Shown piece by piece: positions 37,977 through 51,248 of a stretch of 64,000 nucleotides of DNA. Made by a program: the position numbers and the translations under genes. The notes under the pieces were generated by a model. That model saw only the letters and a program-made list of their open reading frames with translations, was not told the DNA's origin and searched no databases. Every line of letters starts with the position of its first letter. The stretch's first letter is position 1. This stretch comes from Camelus ferus (taxonomy: Eukaryota), in assembly GCF_009834535.1 (NCBI RefSeq), contig NC_045696.1, positions 78,246,001 to 78,310,000 of the forward strand, in the 5' to 3' direction.

Positions 37977-40973
37977 ATTGCAATAGAGAGCAGCAACGTT
38001 CATAACCTTTAATTACATCATTCTGTCTAACTGTCCAAACTTTATGGACTTGGATGAGACGCACATTTGAAAAGACATTAATGGCATAGCATATGTTACA
38101 CTGTAGGTTTCTTATCTGAGCCAAAAATCAGAACCCATTTTTTCATATAATTGTCCAATGCTCTATTCTCTGAGATCAAGTAGACTATTAAGGTCCTTAA
38201 AATTTCCATTAGAACCTGGAGCCTTCCAAATTCAGAAGTATTCTACTAATAGTTATAAGGTATTTACTGGTACCCTTATATTATCCAAAATGTTCAAACG
38301 CAACACTCATTCAGAAATCTTTGGCTTTTACTGCATTTAATCTCTCAATTAAAAAGCAATGATCAAATACTTACTATGAGCAAGGTTCTCTTCCACATGC
38401 CTCTGGAGGTGCAAACAAATCATGACCAATAGTTGTTGCTTTCAAAGAATTTATAACCTAATCTTAAAAATGAGGTGTACACATGGAAAAATAAATATAC
38501 CCTGTCTACGCCCCACACCTATTAAAGAGCAGCGCAGCACACAAGAAGGCACAGAAGGCAGTTTTGCAGGTAAGAAGGGCTGAACTCTGAAGATTGCAAA
38601 TGAAAGTAAGATTAGGTGGACAAGACCAGGCAGTTTTGTTTGCCTGCAAATTCAGTATGAAACACTTGAGGGGAAGACAGACCACTGAATTCGATACACA
38701 TCCCTTTGATGGGGAATACATTGATGGGTAGCACTCACACTAATTTTTAACTATTCCTACCATGCTTGTTGTCCCTAAAACCTTGTGAGCGATTTGAGGA
38801 TCAGAGCTGTACCCTTTCTTACCTTTATGTACCCAAGATACAGAGTACTGTGTATTTTCTTACGTTCTCAGAATTTGTTCATGTATTGATCAAACACAAA
38901 TACTTTGCACCAGGCACCTAGGAACACGGTGTTTAGCAAAAGAGACTTGGTGCTTGCTCTTAAGGAGTTTCCAGTCTCATGGATGAAGACCTGGGGAAAG
39001 CATGGATGAAGGGATAAATGGCTCGACTGGGCATGCCCAGTGAGCAGCAACTGCTTTCCAACTCTTTTTCACCTTTTGATAATAAATTTCTTTCACTTGC
39101 TAGAGATTCTGGTACACCATCCTCTCATCAATTATTACAAAATCATAGGAAAGTCTGTCTCCTGCTTTTCTATTTATTCCCACCAATCAAGAAAAGTGTG
39201 CCCAGTTTTATGTTCTGTAATATTTTGAAAATGATACTGCTTTTCCCCCCAAAAGAAAAAAAGGCAATATACAACTGAATCTGATTTTGCAAACCACATG
39301 GCCTAGAGGTGCTAACATCTTTGCAGAGGGTAGGCAGCCCTGGCCAGAGGCAGAGGTGATGTGAGAAACAGGGAAGAGAAACCTGGGCCTATAATGGATT
39401 ATAAATGCCGGAGTTTGGCTCTTCACTCTGGAGGGACTGGAGAGTCTTTGCAGGCCTGTGAACTGTGACAGCATCCAAGTGGTATTTTGAGATAACACCC
39501 CAGCAGTTACACATGGAATCTATACTGCTAGAGATAAACTTAAAATAAGGAAGGCCAGTTAGGACACTACTGCACTATTTCACGAACAAACTTAATTGCC
39601 TAGACAATGATGGTTCCAGAGGTACCAGAAATCTGAGGTTTTCAGCCTAGAGATGATTAGAATGGTCATGCCACAAACAAAATCAGGTCTACCAAGAAAA
39701 AGAAGAACTAGAAGAGAATAAGTCAACCTAGAGAATGACTTATTTTTAAGTATAATTAAATGCCATTACATGTAGTTCTGTGATTAAAGAACTGAAGATA
39801 GACCCGTTTGAAACTGAGAGATGTCAAGAGTAAGCATTTTTTCATGTTAAGAAAATTCTTCACAAATCTTATTGTAAACAGTAATATTAGTGTTCAACAG
39901 TTGAAAAGTAACTTCTGGCTTTTCCTTGAAACCAGCAAGTACCAAGACCTACCAACCCTTCACATATTACTACAGTAATATAATCAAATCTTTGGAAATC
40001 AGGTAATATTAATGCCAGGCCCTATGGCAAGAAGAGGTCCCTGAATGCTAAATGCTGTGCGTACATAAACCCAACAGGGTTTATGAATTTCCAACATTCA
40101 TTCATTCATCCACTCACTCATCTAGGTGCACTGAGTGCTAATTACATATAATGTACTGTGATGGGGTCTGGGATTCAGTCAAGAAACAGGAGAGATCCGG
40201 TCCCTGCTCTCACAGAGGTCATATATTTACTGGACTGAAAAACAAGCTCCCGTTTTTCCCCCCCAGTGGTGTACACTTAAAAGCTTCTACCTATAGATAT
40301 CTCAGGCTGACACTGAGGAAGTTTACCAGGCATGTAAACTTTGGAAGCAACTAATCAAAACCACTAACAAATTGAAAATAACTTCGTAATATTTTATGCT
40401 GCAGAATGGACTCTACCACCTTTCACCCATAGATTCAGGAGCCCAGATTAATGTTATTTTTAAGTAGGCTGTAGTTCTGCTCTGCAACTGCTTCACATAG
40501 TTCCAGAGGGGAAACGGAAGGAGAGAAGGAGCTGAAAATGGTAACTGAAGTGAAATGAGATCATTGGTAAGCTCATAACTTAAGCTCATACCATTTGGTC
40601 AGTTTTCTAATGGCTATAACTTAATGATTCAATTAGTTTCCAGGGAACAAGGATAAGTGCATGTTCAATGTCCTGGATCATTTTACAGATGAGAATCTGC
40701 CAAAGCCATGTCTAGCTGAAGCTTACGAGCAATGAAACCGAAAAGCACTTTATATCTGCTGTAGTTGCACTATGAGTAAGGAGATGAACACACATTTGTT
40801 GACACTAAAAATAAGTAAAAATGAGTACACGGAATTGTTTTCTCAATTATTTTCTCCCTTGATGCTAATTGTCTCAGTCATTCATTCATCACAATGAACA
40901 TCTACCACATGCAAGGCAGATGCCACCCTCAGTGCTGTAAATGGGACAAAGATGACCTGTGGGGCTGTCTTAC

Positions 40974-41323
40974 ATGAACATCCTTGAGAGGCAGAGTGAT
41001 GCAGTTTAATAAACAGTAGTGCAGGCCACAGAATTTCTGTGAATATTAAAGATATGAATCACACGAGCAGCAGAAGTGATGTAAGATTATGCCACACAGT
41101 AATCATCAGCAATGATAGAGAGTATGGTGGTTCATTAAGTCACTATGATATTTCACCAAATAGGGAGGAAATCAGGAGACTGTCTCCTTCCAGAAGATAA
41201 ATAGGCAGAAAGATGTTAAATGCTTTGGTGTGAACACTTGTCAAAAGAGAGAAACCTCCACGAAGATTCCAGTTTCAGTGGCCAGCCTTTCTGCTGCCAT
41301 TCTCCTACGTAAGGCCAGCTCAA
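40974..41323 (-). pseudogene. Fossil exon, linker ('FPRFYFLS' region)
   Basis: Acceptor tttatacccctcAG, donor cat|GTAAGA. ...LLMITVWHNLTSLLLLV*...EILWPALLFIK lies at the position expected for 'LE.I.K.L..YLE.KR..FPR.YFL'. Confidence 0.4.
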
Positions 41324-41839
41324 CTGAGGGGTATAAAACATGGCTATGTGACCTGCCTGGGGGTGCTATGTCCATGCATCACGTTCTTTTGGAGTGTCGT
41401 GGCTCTTCAATGTGAGAAGTTAGTTCTCTCATGTGCAAAGAAGAAGACCACACAGAAGTGTGACACCTGTCACTCTTAATAAGTTGAATGCCATGATATA
41501 TATGGCACTAAAAACATACCTCAGTTGATAAATTACTTTTATAATCATTAAAAGTATGTGTGTACTTAATGAGCTGGAGGTAACCAGAATTAAGCTTACT
41601 TAACTCTCCATTTTCAATACGTCATCAACCAGTAAGTAACCCTTCCTACCCATTTATGAGCAGCCTGTTATGTCGACCAGGCCAGAAAACAGAATGAGTA
41701 TTTCTGCCCATTTATAACCATTTATAACTAGTATAATTCAGAAATTAAGAACTTAAACCTCTGGACAGGTACACTAACAAAATTCTTAGGCCACATCCTG
41801 TTACCTTCTGCATTTTGTTTATGAAAAGTGACCTGGTAC

Positions 41840-42284
41840 CTGTCAATGTGCCTGATGCTAGAGGTGTCTGAACAAGCCCAGTCAAATCACAAATATACTA
41901 GACTTTGTAAAAGGCATGCCCAGTTCACCTTGTGTGTGCATTTGATGGATGCTTTATACACTAATTTTGACAGTGATCTAAGAGCTGTGAACGTGGAGGA
42001 GTCCTCCTCGTACATCTTTACTGCAAATGGAGATACTGCTACTAAAAGACAAGCTTGAGTCAGTATTTAGAATGATTGATAATTTTGAACATAAGCACAG
42101 AGACCTCTTATCCAGAAGGTGGCATGACTACTCCAGATGCTGGTATCATTTTTGACAGGTTTTATGAGACCCTAAACAAGTGAGGGATGGTGTTGCAGGA
42201 CCACCTTTCATATACTTGCCACTCTGATTTCCAGCAGTAATGAACTTCAGGGGCTTTACCGGGCAGTAGTAAAAGCCATGAAAC
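41840..42284 (-). pseudogene. Fossil exon(s), DHC_N2/linker
   Basis: Acceptors at 42285-86 and 42042-43, donor acag|GTACC at 41839. 41840-42041 reads AVSPFAVKMYEEDSSTFTALRSLSKLVYKASIKCTHKVNWACLLQSLVYL*FDWACSDTSSIRHIDR, matching 'SPF......W...L......L..W...Q..W.YL..IF...F..VD'. Confidence 0.65.
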
Positions 42285-42764
42285 CTAAGGAATGCACATG
42301 TGTCTCAAAAACTGCCCAAAGACAAAAGGGGCTGGCAAATAAGGTAACCTGATTTCTTTCTTCCTTTTTTTTTTTTCCACTTGGAAGCAGAGAATAAAGT
42401 AGAAAACCACTGTAGTGTCAAAAAACAATAGCAATTGGAAATATTTAATGATAACTGGACATTACCCAAGGTGGGAAAAAAAGAATGTTAAAAAAGAAAA
42501 TTATTCTGGGGAGAGAATGTTATATTTCTGTTCTTAGTTTGAGTCTTCATTCAGGGGTTTGAAATCATTTTATTTAGGTGAGAGTATTTTCAAGAAAATA
42601 TTACCAATCATATAAAAATAGGCCTGCCGACTCCTGAGAACTTTGGAGGATAAACTAGGACATGCTGTCAATATAATAAGGTTCCAGGAAGGAGGATTCC
42701 TTGTATGCACAGAATTGCATGACCTTCCGCTCTTCCTGCTGACATCCACCCTGTGCCAGAATTG

Positions 42765-42920
42765 GTTGGACAGGTTCAAATCCCTTGTCTGTCACTTAGT
42801 AACCCTGGGCAAGTTACCTGCATCCACCTTGCAGGATGGTAGTGAGAATTAGCAACAGAATACATTAAGTATTTGGTCTGATGCTTACAACACAATAGGA
42901 ACTTAGTGGCTGGCTATTTT
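42765..42920 (+). mobile_element. MIR SINE
   Basis: ggttcaaatcc...cactta...ctgggcaagttac. Confidence 0.6.
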
Positions 42921-43849
42921 ACTTAGTTCAACCCCACCTTGTTAGAAATCAGTGCCATACAATACAGGGTGTAAGTTATGTGTGTATGTAAATTAAGTTG
43001 TTAAAAATCATTCAGTTAAATTTTTATTTCTGCCACATCCATTCTATGGGGTAAATAGTTACGATTCTTCAACTAAAACACTATGCAGCAAACAAATGCA
43101 TCATGAGTCACATGACAATTCATACAAAATAGCGACTTGACTTTTCCAGCCCAGAGGTAGCATTTAATTATTGAAAAATAAGAGCCTAATAAAGCCAAAG
43201 AAAAATTCTACTCTTATTTAATTTCTTTAATCTCTATATATGCTTTTTAAAAATATGCACATTTCAGGAAGACAAAAGGAAACCTCAGAGATAACTGTTT
43301 TTAATAATATCTCAGAAAACCACTTTTAGTTTTGTGGACTTAATTCATACAAAGTAAATTCTTATACAAAACTAAAACCTTGTAAAGAATATTGTTTTGT
43401 AACTTGATTTTTTTCCATTTAGCAATGTATCTTTCCAGGTCAAAAGACATGTTTCTGCCACATTATTTTAATGGGTCACAGAATATTCTACTATATGGAT
43501 ATACTATATTCTATTATTAAAAATCCTTATTTTGTTAGATATATAGTTTATCCAAGGATGAAAGTTCTATGAGGGTGAGAGCAATGCTTGTTTATTCACT
43601 AGTGTACGTCTAGCTCCAAGCACCAAGCCTACCATAGAGAAGAAGTAATTACTGTGAATTAATATTTTTTTAAAACTTTGTATAATTCTATTGAGAAAGT
43701 AGTCATAAAATACCACCATAGCTCTAAATCATGCTAGAGTCTAGAAAAGCAATGCACAATAATGAATTAATATAAAGAATATTTACTAAAATGTTATGGA
43801 TATTAATTTCTGAGTAGCTCTTACAAAACTGAAGAATATTTTCAAGTAG

Positions 43850-44480
43850 TAAATGATTAGTGAGCTCTTACTAAAATATATCCCAGGCCTACATTAGGCA
43901 CTGGAGATAAAGGAGTGAACAAAAGATGTCCTTCTCTAGTGGAGAAGACAGGTAGGAAACTAAAGTTCTAAATGAGATTGGTAGTTGTAAAAACAGAGCA
44001 AGGGAGTATGCTCAGGGAGCTTACTGAGCTGATAAAAATGAGCTCAGGAAGGGACTCTCTAAGAACGCAAATTTTAAGCTGAGGTTTAAGGAGTGAGGAG
44101 GAGTTGTCTGGGTAGAGATGATAGATGTGAATAATCAGGAAGTGGGAAAAGGGCTACAGGGATGAAAACTTAAAGAGACTAGTGAACAATGAAGAACAGG
44201 AGAGTCTAGGATGACTGAAGCATAAGGAACACAATGAAGAGGGTGGAGCAGAAAGATGGAAGGTAAGAAGCTCACACAGGACTTTGTAAGACATGCTTAA
44301 CATCTCAGACATACTTATACTGAAAATCAACAAAGGGAGAAGATACCTCGCAAGGTGCAAGAGTAGAGAGGCAGGGCAACTATTCAGGAGGACGCTATTA
44401 CAGAATTCTACGGGGGAAATGTCATCAGGAGAGACAAAGAAGTACAAAGATCCTGGAGATACTTTTAGAATTGAGAGTTC
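43850..44480 (-). mobile_element. L2 LINE fragment
   Basis: taggcactggagataaaggagtgaacaaaa..., tttaagctgagg. Confidence 0.6.
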
Positions 44481-44609
44481 TGGTTGTGGGCAGTCCGTTT
44501 CACTTTGTGGCTTACTTTGATTTCAACTGCTACCTCATAACGTGAAAACCAATTCTTTTCATTGAAGTTTGTGCTACAAAAGATCTGTTTCATTTTTGTA
44601 TAGTGGGTA

Positions 44610-45060
44610 TGGTAGAAACTGTTGGTTGTCCCCCTATGCATTTTCCTCTTCCTTGTTAGTATTAAAACCCCTCATTTTAAGTTAGGCAGGTTACTCCTGA
44701 GAAAAAAAGGCTACCAGCCTACCTTGCCGCAAACTACGACCATGTGACTATCACCTGGCTTATGGAATAGGAAGAGAAGTGTAATGGATGGCTTCTGAGA
44801 AGTATCCTTAAAGGGAGGGGATGTGACCTTCATCTCCTTTCTTCCAACTGACAATTGTACATGTACTGACTGGAGTCCAAGTAAGGATCTTGACCTTGAG
44901 TGGAAGCCATGGGAGACAGACCATGAGGCAAGACAGATGGAGCATCACACTAACCTTGCCTTCCTGCCGACCTCTGGACTTCTTTAATAGTGAAATTTCT
45001 ATTCTGTTGAATTTACTGTTATTTTGGTTTCCAGTTCTATGCAGCAAGCAGTACCTAGTC
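44610..45060 (+). mobile_element. MaLR LTR (MLT1J-like)
   Basis: gaccatgtgacta...ggaagagaagtg...cttctgagaag; cctctggactt...tttactgttattttggttt. Confidence 0.55.
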
Positions 45061-45259
45061 ATGTTTCATTGGGTGGGGGTGAGAGGTGGGGGTGGGTTGG
45101 AGGAGACGGGTGGGAGCTCTTAAGTTTATAAACTTATTTACAGGTAAATTTTCTGAAATGAGAGGCATATGTTTATATCTTTTGTGATTTTCAGTATCAA
45201 TTTAATGAGGTCTTTAGCTGATCATAAAGGTGTTTTGTTTACAAATTAGAGTCACTGCA

Positions 45260-45720
45260 CTAACTTCTTAAGGCTGCCATTACAAATTACCACAAACTGG
45301 GTCAACAACATAATTTATTCTCTCACACTTCTGGAGGCAATAAGTCCAAAATCAAGGTGTTGGCAGGGCTAGTTCCTTCTGAGGGATCTGAGTGACAATT
45401 TGTTCTATGCCGCTCTCCTGGCTTCTGCTGAGGGACAGAAATCCCTGACTTTTCTTGGCCTGAAGAACGACTACTCCAATGTCTGTTTCCATTATCACAT
45501 GGCATTCTCTCACATGTCACACGTGATGTGACATCATCACATTCTGTATCCTTACATGGCTTCTTATAAGGACACCAGTCATTGGACTTTGGCTCTACTC
45601 TAATCTAGCACGACCTCATTTTAACTTGACCAGCATCACATAGATCTCATTTCCAAGTAAGGTCACATGCACAGGTTAGGATTTCAATATATTTTTTGAC
45701 AGGGGACACAACCCACAATA
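45260..45720 (-). mobile_element. MaLR solo LTR (MLT1C/D-like)
   Basis: ggctgccattacaaattaccacaaactgggt...ttctggaggc..aagtccaaaatcaaggtgttggcaggg...cttataaggacaccagtcattgga. Confidence 0.85.
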
Positions 45721-46639
45721 AGTGTGCATGTATATATATATACACACATTATTTTATGAACTCCTAATACTTTGTATTCTTCAGTTTTTTAATTTCCAAA
45801 TGCATGTGATACATAGCTAAAGTTGGATTTCCCTAACTGATACTATACTTTTCTCAAGTCCTGTACTCTTGATAAGATTTCGGGAAAAAATTAAATGTAT
45901 AAACAAGTTAATTTTTTTCCTAAAAATTCCTGAAATGCCACACAAATATTTCTAAATTGAACTTGCATTTAATAAGCACTTAACTTTAGTGAATTAAAGA
46001 ATGAATGAAAAATAGTGTAATTTGGTCCTATTTATTAAAATGTACTTGTTATAATCACTTGCTTTTGCTTAAGTAAGAAATAGTAAAGGAGTTTCAAGTG
46101 AACATTATACTATTTAGAATATCAGCTTTTCCCTCCCAAAATGTAGATGAGTTCTTGGTAAGAAAGAAGTTAAAGTTACCCCTCCCTCCACCAAAAAAAA
46201 AAAAAAAATAAAATAAAAGACTATCAACAAAAAAAAACCCCCAAATTACCAACAAAATTAAAAACTAAACTTAAATACATAATTCATGATAAATCTTTTA
46301 AAAGTTATCATTTGATATATGGTATTGGGATAACTTTTTTTTTTAAAGCTTTTAACCATTAAAAAAACATTTTTATAAATTTTCCCATGAAATAATTGAT
46401 GAAATTAATACCTTATTATAAAACAGAAATAAGCTTTTCTTCAAAAGAAGTCTACTATTCTACCAGCAAAATTAGAGTTTCACACGTCAACAAAAGAAAT
46501 TTGGAAATTTAGATCTAAATTGACTTAACTGCCACCATCTAACTAAGTGACTTATTTTATCATGCTTCTGTTTTCTGATACACATGCCACTTAATATGAT
46601 TTCAGTAAGGCAGGAAAAGGCAGGCATTCCTTAGTGCCT

Positions 46640-47027
46640 AAGCTGTGATGAGTAAGTATCACTGTAAGTGCTTCCTAAAACCAAGACTCTTTGTGCTTTA
46701 TCAGGTCTCAGACAAAGATGATGACAAAAATCTGTATTGTAGTCTAACATGAGAAAGACCACTCAAGCAGCAACGGCTTACCGCACTGCTCTAACAGCAG
46801 GAGAGGCTTTCTCCTCGCGTGCAAGTTGTTTTTATTTGGAATATGCTTCTTATGTTCTTTTAAGAGCGTTTTTTAAATGCATGCATACACATACGTTGAT
46901 TAACAGAAAAATCTGGAAAAATTCCTTCAAATGTTGTTGTCATGGTTTCATTTCACATAGTAAACAGTGAAGCTCAACACGATACCGAAGTGTTAAGTTC
47001 ACCAAATGCTGTGTTTTTAAGCCTAGG
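46640..47027 (-). pseudogene. Fossil exon, start of DHC_N2 (dynein heavy chain N-terminal region 2)
   Basis: Acceptor tattttatttttAG. One continuous frame with stops: LKTQHLVNLTLRYRVELHCLLCEMKP*QQHLKEFFQIFLLIN...EAYSK*KQLAREEKASPAVRAVR*...DFCHHLCLRPDKAQRVL. Matches the pattern 'L+..LW...W...F..LD...Y.K...QL.K.LP..VV..L...DL.NP.L..RHW..I'. Confidence 0.6.
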
Positions 47028-47649
47028 CTAAAAATAAAATAGGATTTTAAAATTTAGCTTTCTTTATGCCAAATTATGACCTTTATAAGTCAGTGCTTCT
47101 ATGAGATGATATGCAATTGATTTATTTTGTAATTACACATAGTGTTCACTTATTTCGCATGCTTTTTATTGAAATAAATCCAAGGTATATGACTAATATT
47201 GTATGAGTAACAACAAAAAGCAGTCCTTTTGAAATCTGAAGGTAGCATTCCTAATCTCCATAGAACTTAAGAGATCCAGGTCCTAATGAAAGTTAAACAG
47301 CTAGAAAAGAGGAGGGGAGGGAGGGGGCGAGGCAGAGTGTATGTGCAAAATGAGTTTTATGTTTCCTTACTGTGAATATTGTGGATTTTAAATCTCATTG
47401 GGTAAGATATCAGTGCCATAAGAATACAAATGTTTTGAGTCGGTATTTGCACCCTAAAACTGAAAAATAAGAGTTTTGGCTACTTTTATTCTGGTGAGCT
47501 ACTCTAGTAGTACAGAAATATTTTCTAATCCTGGAAAAAAGCAAATAACTTTCAACTGTTTGCAATAAACTGCAATAGAAATCTGCTCTTTTCTAATTTA
47601 CACACACTTAATTTATATCCATCAATATCCTTTCCAAATAGATGTGTCA

Positions 47650-48150
47650 TTCATTCATTCCCAAATGGTTGATGTCATTTGTTTGTTCAACCTTTTTCAT
47701 GAGAACCTTCCATTCTAAGTACTAGGAATATATCATAAAACAAAATAGCCCAAATTTTCTCAACTCCAAAGGACTAATTTCTAGTAGACAAAATGGAGCA
47801 GGAAAATAGAGTTTACATTGATGGTAAGTACTAAAGAAATGAGAAATAGGAACAGTGAATAGGGAGCGTGTGTAATGTGAGAGGGTGTACAATTTTTAAT
47901 ATAGTTGCCAGGGAAGGCATCAAGGATATGAGAGAACAGAGCACACAGGTATCTAGGAGAAAGCATCTCGAGAGAAAGGACAGCGTGGGCAAAGCCTAGG
48001 AAGTGAGAGCACACCTGTTCTGTGCGAGGTCAGCAAGAAGTGAAAGACTCCCAGATGAGGTCAGAAAGGGTATGGACTCTCACCACTGCACACCCATGCA
48101 TCTGTGAGTTTGTGATCATGCAGAGCCTTGTGAGCCATTGTAAAATGTAA
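47650..48150 (-). mobile_element. L2 LINE fragment
   Basis: tcattcattc tail; cagggaaggc..., gcaaagcctaggaag. Confidence 0.55.
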
Positions 48151-48338
48151 ATAACTGTTTAATAGCACTCTGGTAAACATCAGAGGTGAGAACTGAATTT
48201 ATATGTCAGTTTTTTATCCAATGATAAGACTGTGCCACCCGGAGACAATATAATACAAGAACCCTCAGCATCCTGGGATTAAGGCCTCAGCTGTGCTACA
48301 CCTCAAGTCTGTGGGAAAGTCTTAATCTTAGGGTAGTT

Positions 48339-48736
48339 TGTCATTCTGAAGTAAGCCAGAAAGAGAAAGAAAAATACCATATATCACTCATATGTGGAAT
48401 CTAAAAAAAAAAAAAAAAGAGGCACAAATTAACTTAATTTGTGAGTCAAACAGAGACTCACAAATATAGGAAACAAACTTATGGTTCCCAGGGGAAAGGG
48501 GTGGGAAGGGATAAACTGGGAGGGAGATTTGCAGATACTAACTACTATATACAAAACAGATATAAAAGTTTCATCTGTATAGCATAGGGAACTATATTCA
48601 ATACCTTATAGTAACTATAATGAAAAAGAATATGGAAAGGAATACATGTATGTATATGTATAACTGAAACATACTGTACACCAGAAATTGACACAACATT
48701 GTAAACTGACTATACTTCAATTAACAAAACAAAATA
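48339..48736 (+). mobile_element. 5'-truncated lineage-specific L1 3' end
   Basis: Closely similar to the 3' UTRs at 22.5 kb and 35.1 kb (gccagaaagagaaagaaaaataccat...gaaattgacacaacattgtaaactgact). Confidence 0.9.
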
Positions 48737-49244
48737 AGGGGTGGAAATCTGCATGGGTGAGAGAACGGAATTTAGGAAAACCTCTGCTACTCCTGGAATT
48801 GTCTTGCTGGCTCAATTATTTATCAGTGGACTCCTGCCCATATAAAAACTCACTCTCAGCAAGTCTGTTTTCCACTGACTATATACATATCTAATATGTA
48901 CAAAGAGAAAATAAAGCCACCGTTCAGATGAACAGAAAAGAGAGTTGGAGAATCTCGGTGGTGTTCAGGTTTTTAGCTCAAGTGGTGACTGAAGCCTCGG
49001 TCCATCCTGGCCTATAGTTCAGTTTGGTGGTTTGAGTATCAGACTAGACAAGGTCCCACTAAGACTAGGATAGACAGCTAGAGTAAAGGCTGCTAAGGGA
49101 AGCACCAAATCATTCCTCTAAAATCCACTGGGCAGCAAGATCTCACTGGCACCACTGGATTCACTTTTCCTCAGCTGGCCAAGAACTATTTAATGAAAGC
49201 TGGTGAAATCACTTCACAGACAAAGCCATTGGGTTTCTCCATTT

Positions 49245-49480
49245 TCATCCTTTGAGATAAGCATTTCTTAAGTTCAGACAGAAAATGGAACCATTTAAAG
49301 CTTTATTAAGAGAATTTTGCTGCCCCCCCCCAAAAAAAGTTTTGAAGCAATAACACAAAAGCAAGATGGTGATACCAAGAAAGTTATAGGAATAGACTGT
49401 AGATGCCAAATGAAGGTCAAGTGCTCTAAGGCTCTTAGATAGCAATGATCTCTCAGCAAAATATTCCCCAGTGTGCACTT
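49245..49480 (-). pseudogene. Possible fossil exon, tail region
   Basis: RSLLSKSLRALDLHLASTVYSYNFL sits at the expected position, with weak similarity to tail 'LL..SL..L..P...F'. Boundaries not resolved. Confidence 0.25.
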
Positions 49481-50692
49481 ATCCCTCTGGAAGATGTGGC
49501 AGAGTTGGCTTTGAGTAAATAAAAACAAAGCTAAATAGTTTTAGACCATATGGCTGTTGTCTAACATTTCACTTATTTGGGCTACAGATAGCCAAAGATA
49601 TCCTTCCATCACTCCCTTAGTTTTTCTGTAGGGACTAAGAATTAAAAGCAACATTGCTGGTCAGGTTAAAACCACATGTTACATAAGGTTAAAATAAAAT
49701 TCTGCATGGAGTTAATCAAGATCCATCCCTCAACTGCAAATGTACAGACTCTAATCACTGCCGTCTACCTTTGCAGGGTTTAAACTCCAACCATTAAATG
49801 TGATCACCCTGAGTTATTAAGCTTAAAGGCAGCCAAGAAACATTTCAGCAAATAAATCAATTTCTTAAGCAACATTTTATTGCCATTTTGTTTTGCTTCT
49901 TTCTGTTCCACAGTATTTTGTAATTATTTGGATATGAAATCAATAAGTAAACCTGGCATAAAGATAACAATAAAAAAAGTATTATTTATGTTGTTTAAAA
50001 GATCTAGATTTTGCATTTAGAAAATTACCTAATAGATACTGCTGTTGAATTTCTGGCATTAATGAATAAAATAAATGAAAAAGTATTTTGAGACTACCCA
50101 GTGATAGTTCACCCCTTCACTTACCATTGAAGAACCAAAGTAATATAAACCCATGTTACTAAACATCAGTCCAGAGGCAAATAAGAGTTGTTAACCTTTT
50201 CATGTCTGTGCTAGTAAACAGCCCTTTATCCTTTGTTTGATTTACATATTATTTTTTATATGTAAAAAAAAGTACATATTTAGAATTTATATTTAAAAGA
50301 ATAGCTGAATGAGTCTATCACAAACTGCTAAGAGGTCAGAAGTATTAAGTGTCATGACAATGTAAAGATACGATATTTATTAAGTTTGACTATAATGAAA
50401 TATTCAAGAATTATAATATTGTCTTTATAGCCAGTAAAAATTATTTATCCCAGATTAAGAAAAAAATAGAATTTTAAAAGTACTCTAATTTTTTGTGCAA
50501 TACCAAAGCTACTTTTGGACAATCTCAAATGATACCTGTGAATGCAATCATTCAAAACACACAACTTTTCACCATTTAGCTTTTTAACTCTAATTTTGAT
50601 GGTAAAAAATAGTGTTTTAGGAAAACCACAAATTCCTAAATTTGTTATAGAATCTATTTTTCTTCTAGTAAAAAGAAAAACCTTTTAAATAC

Positions 50693-50810
50693 ATGCATAT
50701 AGATTCTAGTATGGATAACCAAAATATGGTCTACAGGTATCACTAACTTCTTCCAAAGAAATCACAGTGAAATGTCTTTCTTTAGAAAGGCCAGAATGGG
50801 TTAACAGTAC
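50693..50810 (-). pseudogene. Fossil exon, tail region
   Basis: Acceptor atattAG. VLLTHSGLSKERHFTVISLEEVSDTCRPYF resembles the remembered DNAH14 segment (EKRIGIFNVVSLDYQSECLLYI). Donor position uncertain. Confidence 0.5.
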
Positions 50811-51072
50811 CTAATATGTCAAATCAGCATATACTCTTACTGCTTAATGACTGTATTACTCGGTCCCTGTTTTTACTTTATTAGGATTAGAAAACATGGT
50901 CGTCTTTTATAACGGCGTATTACCAAATTAGCGTTTTAATATACGTAATAATTGTATGTGGAGTTTGGATCCTTTGGGCAATACTCTCACAAAAATTAAC
51001 TACTAAATTTACTAAGTTTGATAAACACTAATGACAATTATTACTGCCTCTGTTCTCACTCTACCCTCTAGG

Positions 51073-51248
51073 AGAGTGGCTTTCAAAGTAACATCAGCCT
51101 GACCTGAGCTCACCTGAGTAACATGAGTATCACCAGAAATGAAAATTCTACAGCCACCCCCTTCTGAGTCAAACTCTGAGACCGAAGCCCAATAAGTGTT
51201 TTAATCAGCCCTCCAGGTGACTGAGGTAGCTAAAGGTTGAAACTACTG
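51073..51248. mobile_element. MER5A-type MITE
   Basis: tgttttaatcagccctccaggtga...aaaggttgaaactactg. Confidence 0.7.
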
